In this document: positions 51,061 through 64,000 of the stretch, piece by piece
Layout of the letters: each line of letters starts with the position of its first letter
Position numbering within the stretch: position 1 is the first letter of the stretch
Notes under the pieces: model-generated
What the model was told of the DNA's origin: nothing
The model's input: the letters and a program-made list of their open reading frames with translations, nothing else
Database searches by the model: none
Program-made: the position numbers and the translations under genes
Assembly: GCA_030704615.1 (NCBI GenBank)
Contig: CM060731.1
Coordinates: forward strand, 21,948,001 to 22,012,000
Direction: 5' to 3'
DNA from: Takakia lepidozioides
Taxonomy: Eukaryota > Plantae > Bryophyta
Length of the DNA: 64,000 bases

Positions 51061-52229
51061 GTGCGTGATGTGTTGGCGTAGGCGTCATGGTTCCTTCTTG
51101 TGTATAGCTCTACTGCCTACAGCATACGCACTGGTCACGGGAGTGAAAGATCAAATGTCTGGGCCACAGGAATGTGAATTCTTGCTCTTCCTACATTCGC
51201 ACATGCCTTGTCAAATTAACATGTGACATGCAATACTGGGATAATGTCCAAAATTTGAAGTATATACATTCCCTTGTTTTCATCAAGTGATAGCACCAAG
51301 TAGGAGAAAGTATGCCTCCAGGACATTCGCAACCAGCATGTCATGGGCAATACACAGACTTGCAGGCAACTATAAGATTGGATATGACATGCCAGAAGTC
51401 TTCATTGCAACTCCGATCACAGGTCAGGGACAAGGCTAACGAGAGGAGTACACCTTCTCAACGCAAAGAGCAGCCAGTGTGGTAAACAGACGCCAAGACA
51501 TGGGAGACGCAGCAAAATGTGCCTTTCTACTCAAAGGAGCTAAAGAGATTCACGGGGCGAAGGGGGACAGAGACAACAATGCAGAGGGGCCGAAAGCGGG
51601 AGTGAGGAGGCTACAAGCCGTAGGCCTTGCTCTCGAATCACATATCCCGCGAATTGGATCGAATCGAATCGAATCGGAACATATCCCGCGTATCGCGGAG
51701 TGAGGCGCCATCTGTGAGCTCATGTCATGTTTTGAAGGATAATACACGAGCGACAAGGGACCTCCCGTCGCTCAATTTTTACGAGTACGTTACCGAGGTT
51801 TGAACACCAGCCTGTTTGAAATGTTGGGTACGTAATTTTGTGACCGTCGGATGCTCACTAGTACTGGCATATTGCAGCTGTCCATAATGGCGCCATTCGC
51901 CGTTTTAGCGAGCCAATAAGTAAGCGGGTATAGCGGGAGGGTTTTTTTTTGCTTTAAAAAGGGATTCACGCTGCTCGGATGCACTTGTGTAGCTGCTGAG
52001 AGAGGAGGGTAGACAGCTTGGGGATCTGATGTGTGCGTGACAGAGATTAGATCGGGCAGCGAGAGCTCGCTGCTTGAGTGGGCCGATCGGATACACGTGG
52101 GAGAGGGGCTGCTTGGTTGCTCTAGGCTGAATCAAGAGAGCTGGTCAGAGCGATGTGGAGAAAGTTGCAATCCCCGATGATGAATTTTGTCATGGTTTCC
52201 ATAATGATTGCTCATGCGCTGGGAGAAGC

Positions 52230-53295
52230 AAAACGGCGGTGCAAACCAAGATAGGGCAGTGCCTGATAGAAGGGTGCCCACGAATCCCACTTGAATATCT
52301 TCATCGGGGTAGCGTTGTGGATGTACTCGTAGGAACAGTCGTACGTGTTGAACAAAACCGCGAAATCTTGATCTCGTCCTATCAAATTTCTCGGGCATGT
52401 TGGTCTTTGGTTCTCTCGTAATCTGTTGAAGAGGAACCGTTGCAGTATGAGCTATTGCAGTAGGGACTCGTATGGTTGAAGATCCATTGTTCGACTCCTT
52501 TAACTCTAAAATTTGTTGTTGCAAATTGTGGAGAGCGTTGTCAAGATCTTGAGATTGATCAGCTTGCAATTGGGCGGTAGAGGTACGAAGTTCTTGCATC
52601 TGGAGCTGAAGACTCTCTAATGTGGTGACCATTTCCGCAAATGTGTCTTCCATCTTAACTAACTAAGGAACAAACTTTAGTCTCGCCAAACTGTCAAAGA
52701 CGAGAACATGACTGAACACAAACAAGAGATCAGACTAGAGGTACAAGACTAGACACGAAGACAAGGTCGGCGTGGCCGAATGCATGGTGGGCAAACATGA
52801 ATCAAGATGATCTTTATAATATTGGACAAGAGTACAAGATACTGGGATTCGACTCGAATACTGGAATGCTGGAAATTAGACTGGCGTACCAAATACTGAA
52901 AACTGGACTAGAGTACTGGAAGCTAGACTGGAGTACTGGGACTGGGAATAAGAGTAGCTTGAACTTGTGTTGACGAGACTAAAGAGTGTCCAGTCTCGTC
53001 TCCTATATATACTGGCTACTAAGAAGTTCCCTAAGAAGCTTCCCCTATGGAGGTTTCTTGATGGAGAAGATTCCTTAAACAAAGGAGGTATCTTGATGGA
53101 GAAGTTTCTTCCAAAGGAAGCTTCATGAGCAGTTTTCCAAGTTACTCTTGGTAATTTGATAAACTCCCGGTACTTTGGTAAATAATGATAAATCATGGTA
53201 AATCGTGATAAGTCATGATAACTTTCGGTAAATTGATAACTTGGTAATTTCTGGTATTTCCTCCTGGTAAGTTCCTCTGGGCTATGTCCGTGACA
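52230..53295 (-). mobile_element. Truncated Ty3/Gypsy (Tcn1/Tf1-like) element: 5' LTR 52692-53295 plus partial gag (ATG 52653)
   Basis: LTR TGTCACGG..TTGACA; TATATATA at 53004-53011; gag REPKTNMPEKFDRTRSRFRGFV..HPQRY..VGFVGTLLSGTALSWF (DUF4939-like). Confidence 0.85.
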
Positions 53296-53299
53296 CTAT

Positions 53300-54600
53300 C
53301 GTTACTATCGCTATCATTTTCAACAAGGTGGACATGCTAAGAGCGAAGTTTAAGAACCTAATCATATGGAACAACACAGTCTTTAGCCCAATGACCAGGC
53401 TTTAGAATGGTAAGTGTATGCAGATTTCCAACACTCCCACTCATAATCAGTCTATAACCAAGAATAATCACTGTACTCAATATTCTCTTACTCTATCTCC
53501 CACTCAGTGAGTATTTTGATGCTTGCAAGCTGAGCATCGTGCGAAAGCAGTGAAACTTGTCGGCGGTAAGTGGTTTTGTCAAGATATCAGCAATCTATTG
53601 ATCGGTGCCGATGTATGTCATTTTGATCTCTTGGCGACTTTGAAAATCCCTGAGCATGTGATATTGTATATCGATATGTTTAGTGCGGCGATGCAGGATT
53701 CTGTACCAACCTTATTGTGCTCTAGATACTGTGCTTACAACAGAAATGATGTCTGGTCGTGTCCCCAACATGGCAAACATAAGATTTCCAACAACAGCTT
53801 GATAGGAGAAACCATCATCCCGCTCCTCTGAATCATCATCTTTGGTCAAGTGAAGTTGTACATTGGAGTCTGCTGGTGTAGACACTGGACTTGATCCTTC
53901 GAAACCATATTGCGCAAGGATTTCCAGGATATACTGAGTTTGATCAAGATACAGAAGTCTAAGCTCTCGATTCCTACGAATATGAAGTCCTACGTAACAA
54001 TCTGCATTCCCCACTGTTACTTCAAAAACCTTGTTTAGGTATTTAACCATGTCATCAAGGCCGGTTTTACTGTCAGAGCAAGCCAGCCCATCATCCACAA
54101 AGATTGTAGTGATAAGTCGTGGTGACTTGTTGTTGAAGTATTTAATGCAGGGATCCGTCAAGCTTGGGTGCAGATCATATTTTGTCAGAAATATGTTGAA
54201 CTTTGTATTCCAGGCTCTTGAGGTCTGCTTTACTCCATAGAGGTTCTTAAGTAATTTGCCTACTCGTGTCTCTTGCCCCTTTTGTACAAACCTCTTCGGT
54301 TGATCCATGTAAATCTCTTCTGCTAGATCACCATGCAAGAACGTCGTTTTGGTATCAAACTGGACCATATCTAAGTTGTCTGCAGCCATGATGGAAATGA
54401 CAAATATGATAGAGTCAAATTTCGCGACAAGAGCATATGTTTCCTCATAGTCCACGCCTTCCAATTGCGAGTATCCCTTAGCAACGAGTCTTGCTTTGAA
54501 TTTATCCACTGACCCATCTGATTTGGTCTTGATTTTGAAACAGTTCTTTTCCTGATTGGGGAAACATCTTAATTCTTATGCCAGCTTGGAGGTCGTCTTT
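53300..54600 (-). mobile_element. Degenerate Copia RT/RNase H fragment with PPT and start of 3' LTR
   Basis: KFKARLVAKGYSQ, QFDTKTTFLHG, IFVDDGL, TRPDI; PPT GAGTGGGAG followed by TGTTGG at 53433. Confidence 0.88.
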
Positions 54601-54819
54601 CTCGCATCGATTGTCTTGGCCCTTGAGATGTAGGATCAATTGCGGATACCGAGATGTCTTGTGCGATCGTCGGTAGTGTAGGACCTGAGATATCATTTCT
54701 TCCGCTAACTCCTCCCATGAATGGATCATGCATGATGATATGTTGGATTGGCCGTTGATAAGGAGAATTTGCTTCAGGTGCTTATCTGTTAGCACGGATA
54801 GAGAGCGAACCAACAAAGC

Positions 54820-55050
54820 TGGGGAGTTCTATCATTCGGACGTGTGACGCACCATGAACATCAATTCTTATGGTGGCGCACGACATTTTGTGCTCTTCAA
54901 AGATGATCACAGTTCTTACAGAGTGCTATACTGCATAGAACAGAAGAGTGAAGTGTTTGACTGTTTCAAGAAATTGCCTGCAGAATCTCAAAGAGAAATA
55001 GCCAATGAAGTCAAAATGTTGCGGAGTGATAGAGGAGGGGTATTATGAAA
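54820..55050 (+). mobile_element. Copia integrase fragment, inverted relative to the adjacent RT
   Basis: HSDV..GGARHFVLFKDDHSSYR..KSEVF..LRSDRGG. Confidence 0.8.
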
Positions 55051-55159
55051 CATGCAATTGATCCATCAATGCAATATTAGCTCATGAGGAATTGATCAAT
55101 TTCATCAGGCTGCCACCTTGGGGGGTCTCTCTTCGTATTTTCAAAACCACGTGAGAACA

Positions 55160-55290
55160 AACTGGTAATTTGGTAATTAATGGTAACTGATGGTAAATCA
55201 TGGTAGATCACGGTAACTTTTGGTAATATGATAACTTGGTAACTTTTGGTATTTACTCCTCGTAAGTTCCTCTGGGCTATGTCCGTGACA
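55160..55290 (-). repeat. Partial LTR related to 52692-53295
   Basis: Shared end gtaagttcctctgggctatgtccgtgaca and GGTAA-rich repeats. Confidence 0.8.
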
Positions 55291-58200
55291 GATACCGAGT
55301 TTCACCATAACTCGATCACCACCATTATAACCGGAACACTTCTCATAACATAAGATCATATACGTGACCCATGTCTCAACGCTGTCAACTTGTACTCCAT
55401 ATGTGAAACCATCGGTACGACTCCAACCAAGCCCTGCTGCAGATGACTCTTCGTAGAAATCTTGAACAAATAAAGTGAACATTAATCCTCGATTGCCACA
55501 TTATACATTCATTCAAACGACTAAATTAAAAATGTTACATACACAGATTTATGCAAAATATATAAATAAATAAACACAAAATATAAACATACCTTCATCC
55601 GTTGTACAACATTAGTCGAATTAACGTTCTTAAGAACTTCGTGAACATCAAACAACTTCAGTAATCGAAAGATCTTGTATATCATCCCAGTGCGGCCATC
55701 CGTGTCGGGTCAAAACACTCACGTATCGTGGCCATAAGACGTTCAACCTCACGATCACGAATGGAGCCCCATACATCCCAAGTCTGAACAATAGACTCTA
55801 ATGCCAAATGACGATGGTTTGGGCTTTGACCAATGTATCATATAGCGTATGAGATATCCACGTCGCTGCAGTCCGTCATTGGCACACCGGTGACAACGGA
55901 TGCCAGATATGTCATGCCCCACTTGAACTGCCTTCGACGTCGGTCACATGCATCAGAAGACCTATGTAGCTCATCAATAGACAATCTCCATCGGGTGCTT
56001 GCATGAGGGGTGTCAACTATCGATGCATATGATTGTGGACATCTACAAGCTGGTCCCTGTTCGATATATCCATACTATGAACATGCGGCACAATGGGTGC
56101 ACTGTCAACACTATCGCTACGACCCGATGTACAAAGTTCGATACTCACCAATGCTACCTCTAGCTCATCCTCCGTAAGTGGAGGGAAAGCATGTGGATCA
56201 TGAACATGGTCAACATCCATGTGATGGGGAATTTCATCACTATCACCATCATCATCGATGCGGTAGTTGCAACAAAGAGTGGACCAAAAAGTTGAAGATG
56301 TGGCCTACATAAAAGTAAATAAGATAAAAAAACAAAAATCGTGAAAAAAAACCCAAACATGGATTCACTTGCACTATATCATGTGGAACATCTATTGTTG
56401 GGATACTGTCATTTCAAATGGGAAAAAGAACGATGTTATGGAGGATATATGCCGTCACGTGTGACGTCGTTGGTGATGTAATCCAAACTTGACCATAATC
56501 ACAAAAGTACATGTTTTTGAAAATTTGACCTTAGGTCACCTTTCATCTATAATAAATAGTTGTATTTAATGAAGACAGCTCATGGGGTGTTTTGGTTTTC
56601 ATATTGTAAAAGACTATATGAAAATGGTTGTTATTGGTAGGTTGATAAAGTACATAAAATTTAGTTTAATGAATAAAAATGTTAAAAAACTCTCACACTA
56701 GATTCTTTATCATAATAGCAAGGGAGGGCCAAGTCCCTTATTCCAATTATGTTACAAAATCTAACAGATAATGAGTCCATAACAAGTTTTGTATGGACTG
56801 TAACAAAAGCTTATGGACTTTTCATAAAGTCCATCACTTCTAAAGATAACGGTTTTTTTGGGGGAAGTCTGAGAAAGTAGATACTACATGTAGATAGGTA
56901 CAATGTTGTGAGTCATTTTAAAAAAATTCATAGAAATATGAGATTGTAGATCAAAACCAACAAACTATGTACAGGAAAAATGACGCATTTACGTCAAAAA
57001 ATGGACACTGTAGGCTGCAATCACCCGATGGTGACTATAAGACGAACAACAACATCATGCACCGGTGAAAACTTACTCTGACATGGTCTCTGTAGACTAC
57101 TATCGGGCCACTAGTGAATACTAGTTGTCAAGTCCATGGTGTGGTTAACTCTGAGAGAATATGGCTCACAATCCCTCGACAAATTCGGGTCATCCATATC
57201 CATACTACATCACATTGAACCCCCAAAACACAAGATTGCATACTTACAAGCCATTGACAATAAATAGATATTAATAGAATAAAAATGTACAACCATAGTA
57301 ATTAGATATTATCATGTATATTATTTCAATTCATAATTTGGTTGAACATAACTTGGTTCGGAGCATGTACATTAATATAATATAATATTTGACGTCTCCC
57401 CAATGAAGCATAAATTATGGTGTCTCTTCACCACGATATGTTATTGCCTTTCATTATGAAGGTGGACACCTCTCTGACACCAATCGGTGGATTGAACCCA
57501 CGACCACTTCTGAGGTGGTATGTGCCTATTACCATGAACATTATATTTTATTGATGTAATACATAATGATCATACCGTAAGTACGATCATTTCCTAATAT
57601 TACTATATGATTGATGAATTATTTTGAAATATTCATATCAAACAAAATATTTACTAATACTCCAAAATATTAATGTCACAACTACAAATAATGAGAGTAT
57701 ATATTTTTGAAGTATTGGTAATTTTAAATTGATTATGATTATTAATCAATTCATAATTAATTATTCAGGTCAGAAAGTTACTACTTATGACTACATTAGT
57801 TACCATGAATGAAGGCATGAAATTCAAATTAATGGTATGCAATTCGAATACCAAAATAATGTGGTCATGGGACGTCATTGGATGACGGTTATAAACTTAC
57901 GTGACGAAAGCCAATGATCGTGTGACGACGTTTACACTCCAAATCGGGCGGGTCAGCAATAAGCTCGTATGTAAGAATGCCTACAATATGTCATGCAATA
58001 TAATATTACACAGAATATATATTGAAATATTCGGATTAATACAAATGAGTGAGTGAGTTACGGGCGCGGGCCGATTCCATACTGAAGGAAAAAAATAACA
58101 TTACAAAGTAAATTTGAGAAATTTAATCAATGAATGACTTACCGCACCTTGAGAATACGTCGAGGAAGTCAATTGATACTGGCAAGTCCAACCGACCAAC

Positions 58201-58403
58201 ATTCCGTCGGTGTAATGGTGTGGTCACCGTACTTCCTCCCTGTAATAAGATATAATATACAACAATAATAAACATAAGATAAATAAAAATGAAAACAAAA
58301 ACTCAAACCAAAATATAACACAAAATAACAAGAGAAAAGTGACTCGCTTACCTTGCTAGCCTAGTGGTTACCACGTAATACCATTTCACTAGGCCTTCCA
58401 CTA

Positions 58404-59156
58404 GAAGATAATAGGAATAATGTAAGAACTTAATGGAGGCGTGTGATCTGACAGTACTTTCGCCTGATTCCGGCAACGTGGGCTCCTTAGGGGGGCCCCT
58501 GTCAAATCTTTTTTTTTGCCGCAGGTGGGTGTCTGTTCTCCGCCCCACCCCCGCTTACCTCAGTTTCACTATAGAATTCAAGTGTGTCGCAAGCTGCTGC
58601 GGTGGGTAGTGGGACGTTAAGGTGGTAGCATTGCAGGTGGCGAGGTCCAGGGTTTGATTCTTGATGGTAGACTCTAGTAGTGTAACCCTGGTCGATGTAA
58701 CCCTCCACTTGGTGTAATGCTCTGTAACCCCGGTTTCTCATGTAACTCTGGTAAGACCATTTTATACTTGGCCACATTTGGACTTAGTCAAATTTTGAGA
58801 CCAAGTGTGGGTAACGCCGACTGGAGTTACACTCCATTCTGTGTAACCCCGAGTGGAGTTACAGACCTCGTCGTGTAACCAGATGTAACCCCAAGTGGAG
58901 TTACGGACCTCGTCGTGTAACCAGTGTAACCCCAAGTGGAGTTACAGACCTCGTAGTGTAACCCGATGTAACCCCGACTGGAGTTACACACCTCGTCGTG
59001 TAACCAAGTGTAACCCCGACTGGAGTCAACACTCCTTGAGTTCCATATCACTCTCAAGAGAGGGTGGAGGAGATTTGAAATGCCGAAAACCAGCCGTACC
59101 ATCCTGTCAGAGGTTGCACGTGTGTATTAAGTTCTCACATTATTCCTATTATCTTC
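58404..59156. mobile_element. Non-autonomous Mutator-like (MULE) element, 753 bp
   Basis: 31-bp TIR GAAGATAATAGGAATAATGT(A/G)AGAACTTAAT with weaker extension; perfect 10-bp TSD CCTTCCACTA at 58394-58403 and 59157-59166. Confidence 0.88.
58812..59027. repeat. ~42-44-bp minisatellite, about 4.5 copies, inside the MULE
   Basis: Unit tgtaaccccaagtggagttacagacctcgtcgtgtaacca. Confidence 0.88.
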
Positions 59157-59692
59157 CCTTCCACTAGTGGCTGTGGGTCATAACTATGTTGGAGGTCATA
59201 TATTGAACGAGGTGTTCATAAGATGTTCATAAGGTGATCAGGTCATAAGCTGTTCCTACATTGAATGCCTAGAAATGCAGCAGCCAGCTTCCTTGGGCCA
59301 AGTGACACCATAAGTTACACTTTCTCTGGCAAGAGTACAAATTTAAAGGCTAATTTTGTGATAGCTAACAATAATTGATTCTAACACTATTTGTGAATAG
59401 GCCATTATCCGGAGTAGATCTCTATGTAACCCACAAAAGACAAGTCACCGACTTACCAAGAAGTCAGTGTGAACCGTTGTGGTGTGGCGGGAATACTGTG
59501 AAAAACTCCAAAATTTGAACCTTCAATTCCACCAGCCTTTCTCTATATAGCCTCTGCGATGGTGGCGAGAGAGAGAGATCAGGGGCTTGGAAGGATTGTG
59601 AGGTTCACGTCTGTATCATATAGTGAAGAGCTTCACCAGCTGCTGTTACATGCACAAAGGTTTGGCAGCAATCCAAACCGAGCGAGGTGAGA

Positions 59693-61545
59693 ATGGGGAA
59701 AGAGGTGTATCATTTCGTGCTGGTGCATGGAGCGATGCATGGTGCTTGGTGTTGGTACGTAACCGTGGACCTGCTGCAGAAGGAGGGGCACAAAGTGTCA
59801 GCTGTTGATCTTACAGGCTGCGGCATTCACCCTGCAGACCCAACTGCCATTACCGAATTTTCAGAGTATAATAAACCACTTGTGGACCTACTGTCCTCTC
59901 TCCCTGATAATGAGAAGGTACATTACAGCGCCGCGTAATAAACTACTGTTTTGAGATCTCTAATGACGAGATCGAAGCATGTTAATGGAGGCTTACTTGT
60001 CCACCTGGATCCTTTAGAACATTGTCTCGCCTCCTGGGCACGCCAATTGCGAGGCCATTCTCGGCCGTAGCTTTATGTAAATTATGGATGTTGACAGTAT
60101 TGCAAGAACTTTGACTTGGATCTCTTCAGTACACGTGTATTAGTTTAGCTGAAATCTACGCCGGAATCATGGACTCATGGTGGTGCAAGGTTCGTGAGCA
60201 GGGACCATCGTAATTGGCTCGTCCCCCAGCTACACATTAAGCTTCAAGATGTATTGGACGATAAAAAACTGATTTCTTCGGGCGGCACTGATTGATCTAT
60301 AATCTGGAGAGAGGGCTAGTAACCTTTGTGAGACAGCGGTTTTTCTGGATGCAGGTAGTACTGGTGGGTCACAGCATGGGAGGATTGAGTGTCACGGATG
60401 CCATGGAACAATTCCCTCATAAACTCAGCGCGGCTGTTTTTCTTACTGCCATTATGTCGCCTAGTGGGGAATCATTGGAGAAGAACCCAGCTCTTGCAAC
60501 TAAGGTATATAACTTTTTTAGGTCCCATGATTCAATCCCTTTCTATAAGTTCGATCGGATCTATGATAGGCAGCTCGCATACTCCTCACATGTCATATTT
60601 TCGAGACATTTTCTTGCTCTAGAAGCATTTCTCGAAAAATACTTATCGCCTTTAGCTCATGTCCAGAGCCAATAGTCTATGAACCTAGTATAGTAGTTTT
60701 TTCCATCTCTTTCATGTGTGTGTCTCAGATTGGCCTCTACGAATGAGCAGTTAGCTCCTGGTGGCGGGTGCTATTAACACTTCTTTTACTATCTGGTGCA
60801 GCTTTTCTCGAACCCTGTTGTAGTCGATGGGTTCACTTTCATTTCCGGAAATGGACCCGAGAACCCTCCAACAGCAGCTTACGTAGACCCAAAGTCCCTA
60901 CAAGACGTATTCTATCACCGATCTCCATCACAGGTATATTGATCTGGAAGAGGCTCTTGGTCGGCTGGCCAACGTTTTTTCTTCTCTCTCTCTCTCTGTC
61001 ATGATTATAAACTAAGACAAGACTCTCTAGCATCGAGATAGCCAGCTATTCGTCATGCTTACAATATATTTGTGTATGTGCGGTTAAGATATGCAGTCCT
61101 GAGAATGGAAATTTTTTTGCACCCTGGGCCGCTCTTGTTTGCATGGATCTAAATTATTAATTATGTACACATTCCCCGCTCAATCCCCGTGGTTCTAGTA
61201 TAAACTTCCATCCTGTCAAGCTCTCCTCTGGCTTTCTGACCCGTTTGCTCTTGTCCATAACAGGATATAGCACTCGCAGCAATGTTGATCAGGCCCTGTT
61301 CAATGACTGTCCTCATGACAGCAAAGACCGATTACACGGTGGAAGGGTATGGGAAAGTGCCCAAAGTCTTCATCAAAACATTACAAGATAGAGTACTTGA
61401 CCCCGACCTGGCGCAGGATTATTACATCAAGGTCAGTCCTCCCACAGAGGTTCGTGAAATAGACTCCGATCACAGCCCTTTCTTCTCTGCACCGGAAACA
61501 CTCCATCGCCACCTCTTGGAAATCGCTGAGAAATACTCCAAATGA
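59693..61545 (+). CDS. Methylesterase (MES/SABP2 alpha-beta hydrolase), 262 aa; exons 59693-59917, 60355-60504, 60802-60933, 61264-61545
   Basis: HFVLVHGAMHGAWCWY; catalytic triad in GHSMGG, QDRVL and SDHSPFFS; phase-0 GT-AG introns; TATA-like ctatatag at ~59543. Confidence 0.93.
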
Positions 61546-62849
61546 TTCTCCAGTGGACCCACATATTCTTTGGGCTTGGGAAGGGTTTTCTTCCCCCCCC
61601 CCCCCCCTTCCCTTGGGTGCTGAGGTATTTTGAAAGGGGTTATATTCTCCTCACTATTATTGAGGGGCCTGTTTTGTGAGCCGTTTTCGGTTTAAGAAAA
61701 AAAGAAAGGATTAGTCTAAACACATATCAAGCTCTACTACTATATGTTGAGAAAGAATGATGGGGAGGTGGTTGAGGTGGTATGTTAGTTGGAATTGCTA
61801 CAGTAGCTTGTCAAATATATGCGAGCCCCTCTAGCTGATGATTGAGAATTAGACCAATGCTACCCTTTTGCATCGACTATTAGTGTGTGCTTAGAAACAG
61901 TATTCACCTACCTCAAAATCTACTTTGGAGTGCTGGACTTGATGCAACATCTGTAATGTAATTCAAGCTTAAAGCACAATTCTGGAAGTTCTATAGATGG
62001 ATATGAGAAACGTTGGAGAGTCACAGCTTTATTAAGATGGTTTCTAATTTGGGTTTGCATGAAAGACATTGACACTCGACCAAGTCCAGTTTTTATGCTA
62101 CAACAATCAAGGTGCTACAGTTAGAAAGGGACAAAGGACAGTATCTGCAGAAACCATGTAGAAACACCTGATCACTTCGCCATTGACATAGGCTGCCATT
62201 GCTACAATATAACACAGGGAAAGAATGCCATCGGGCTACATGACTGTAGCTGATGTTGATTCATCCGAAAGTTTTTCTTTGTATGGAGAGTTAATAGTGA
62301 GAGAAGGGAGAGTCAGGTATAGAGCCAGAAAGTCTAAGGCCCATCGAATTAAGTATATCAACAGTGGGTTCCTCACATTTGATAGGTATATTGAAACATC
62401 CCCGGTAAAGAAGAGTATGTGAGGTGAAAACAAAGGCATCAGAGCAAAACCTAAAGAGAAATGACATGAAATGAAATGGTGCTTTACAACGTCCACGGAA
62501 AACTCATAGAGCTTATGGGACAAAATGGAAGAAAACATGAGGAACAAATCCAGAGAAAGAAACAACAATACATAACAAGGAAGGAAATGAGAGAATGTTG
62601 TCTCATCACTTACAGTGTCAATCCAAGTGATATTAATGAACTACATATAACAGTGACCAACTGTTATAACCCCCCACTTACTTGACAGGTTCCAACAGAG
62701 GGTGCAGCCATACTGAGTTTCTTTCTCAGATTTATAGATAAAACCAGACAGGAAAACCACGGAGTGCAGTAGACAGACAGGCATGACTTTTGGGACATAA
62801 TTGGGCTAAAATGAGCTCACAACTTTGCCCGTGGAACCAAGTAGAACCA

Positions 62850-63080
62850 AAGTGAATGTCCTCATAAGACTTTCATAGTGGGTGCAGCACCAGGACTTTA
62901 GGCTCAGCCTGAAGATTTTGAAAGTTGGTGAACAGAGGTGCCGAGACAATGTTCTTGATTCTCCTGAAGAGGGTCACTCTCTGGTGAGAATATCCCAGAC
63001 AATGTATCAGATAATGGATACCTGTCTACCAGACAATTACAATCTGCACTTCCCATCTGCTTATTGTTCAAAGGTAGAAA
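62850..63080 (-). mobile_element. Internally deleted RTEX-like LINE 3' fragment
   Basis: gaatgtcctcataagac end, ggctcagcct..aaagttggt, ttgttcaaaggtag, as in 5835-6272. Confidence 0.75.
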
Positions 63081-63427
63081 ACAAGATAGACAAGCAAAGT
63101 GGGGCCGTCAACAACAGATACTCTCCAAGGTGGAGAACACCTCTCTCAGGAATTGGCTGTCTCTGAATAGGTAAAAGTGGCAGCCCCAGATTTCGCAATA
63201 GAGAGGGCTGTGAAAGAAGAAATGTTCTTCATCTCTACGCTCAGGCTATGTGAACCCATCCTGAGTTATCCCAATACAAGAAGAGAGAGGGCGAACAGAC
63301 AAGCAATTGAACCGTAGGATCCTGTCCTTGCAGAGGACAAGAAGAGGGGGTTCCACTTATTTCCAGGTCCTATAATGAGTCTTTTCCTGCTGTGCTTGAA
63401 ATTATTTCCAGACATCATGGGTCTTTG

Positions 63428-63550
63428 GGAGAGAGAATGTACTCACAAAACGTTGTTTACTGTAGCCTTGGGAGAGAGAGAGCGTACTCATGGCGTTCAC
63501 AGCAAACGTTGGCTTGCCATAGCCTTAGGGCCATTGAAGAGAAGAGAGAT
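63428..63550 (-). mobile_element. Two tandem RTEX-like 3' stubs separated by (GA)n
   Basis: gagagagaatgtactcac..acgttgtttactgtagccttg, then gagagagagcgtactcat..tagccttagggccattga. Confidence 0.65.
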
Positions 63551-64000
63551 AGAGAGATTCTACTCTTCCACACTTCTGAAAGGAATATAACAGTAACTCT
63601 TTACTTTTGTAATCTGTATGTGGGTGATATCAAACCACCATCTGTACAGCAGTAATGGTTGAAGGTGGAAGGGTTGCAAAGGCTTAGAAAAATTGTGCCT
63701 GTTTGCAACCCACCTGCAGACTAGTGTTTGTATCAGATCTGTCCAAGCTATCTACAATCTACTATACAGAGTCCCCAGTACCTCAATCTCTGTCGAGAAA
63801 TTACTCCTCACCCCAAGTCCACTATGCAGTTTTCATTTGCCTTTACTACTGTTATAGTAGGAATAAGCACCCTAGCCACCCACACACTCTGGTTGTTGTC
63901 CTGCCTTCAACAATTGCCATGTGATATAGCAATGCCACAGAATTGAAAAGGGAGACTAAACACCAGATGCGAAGAGAAGAGGGAAAAGTGGGAGCGAGTC

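Noticed and set aside
29650-52130. Helitron boundaries around the gene-fragment chain
   Set aside because: No convincing TC start or hairpin-CTRR end found by eye.
57475-57540. tRNA gene
   Set aside because: Only a B-box/T-arm-like motif; no full cloverleaf.
58812-59027. CRISPR array
   Set aside because: No unique spacers, no cas genes, eukaryotic context; it is a minisatellite inside a MULE.

Overview
Land-plant nuclear DNA, probably from a non-seed plant (inferred from the RTEX-like LINEs and Tcn1/Tf1-like gypsy). Six apparently intact genes: intronless MO25/CAB39, a small ZNF706/At2g23090-like protein, an NT-C2 + DIL domain protein, a G-patch protein, BLOS2 and a methylesterase. Decayed genes or fragments: KTI12/DRL1 (6 exons), eEF2, ASY1, an OSB/PDF motif, PPR-E/DYW and ABCB. 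The centre of the window is a nested stack: PPR pseudogene > young Copia (30813-49078) > 13.5-kb CACTA (34107-47603) > LINE, DIRS-like and PPR fragments. Main candidates for novelty: (1) a CACTA whose TnpA-like gene is divergent from TnpD and embeds an FCP1/NIF phosphatase-like domain; (2) two relics of a probable DIRS-group retroelement whose tyrosine recombinase overlaps the methyltransferase-like domain on the opposite strand; (3) a self-priming gypsy LTR; (4) a duplicated, possibly mutually exclusive exon in the NT-C2/DIL gene; (5) head-to-tail RTEX-like 3' ends at GA repeats. All family calls are by-eye motif recognition; no searches were run.
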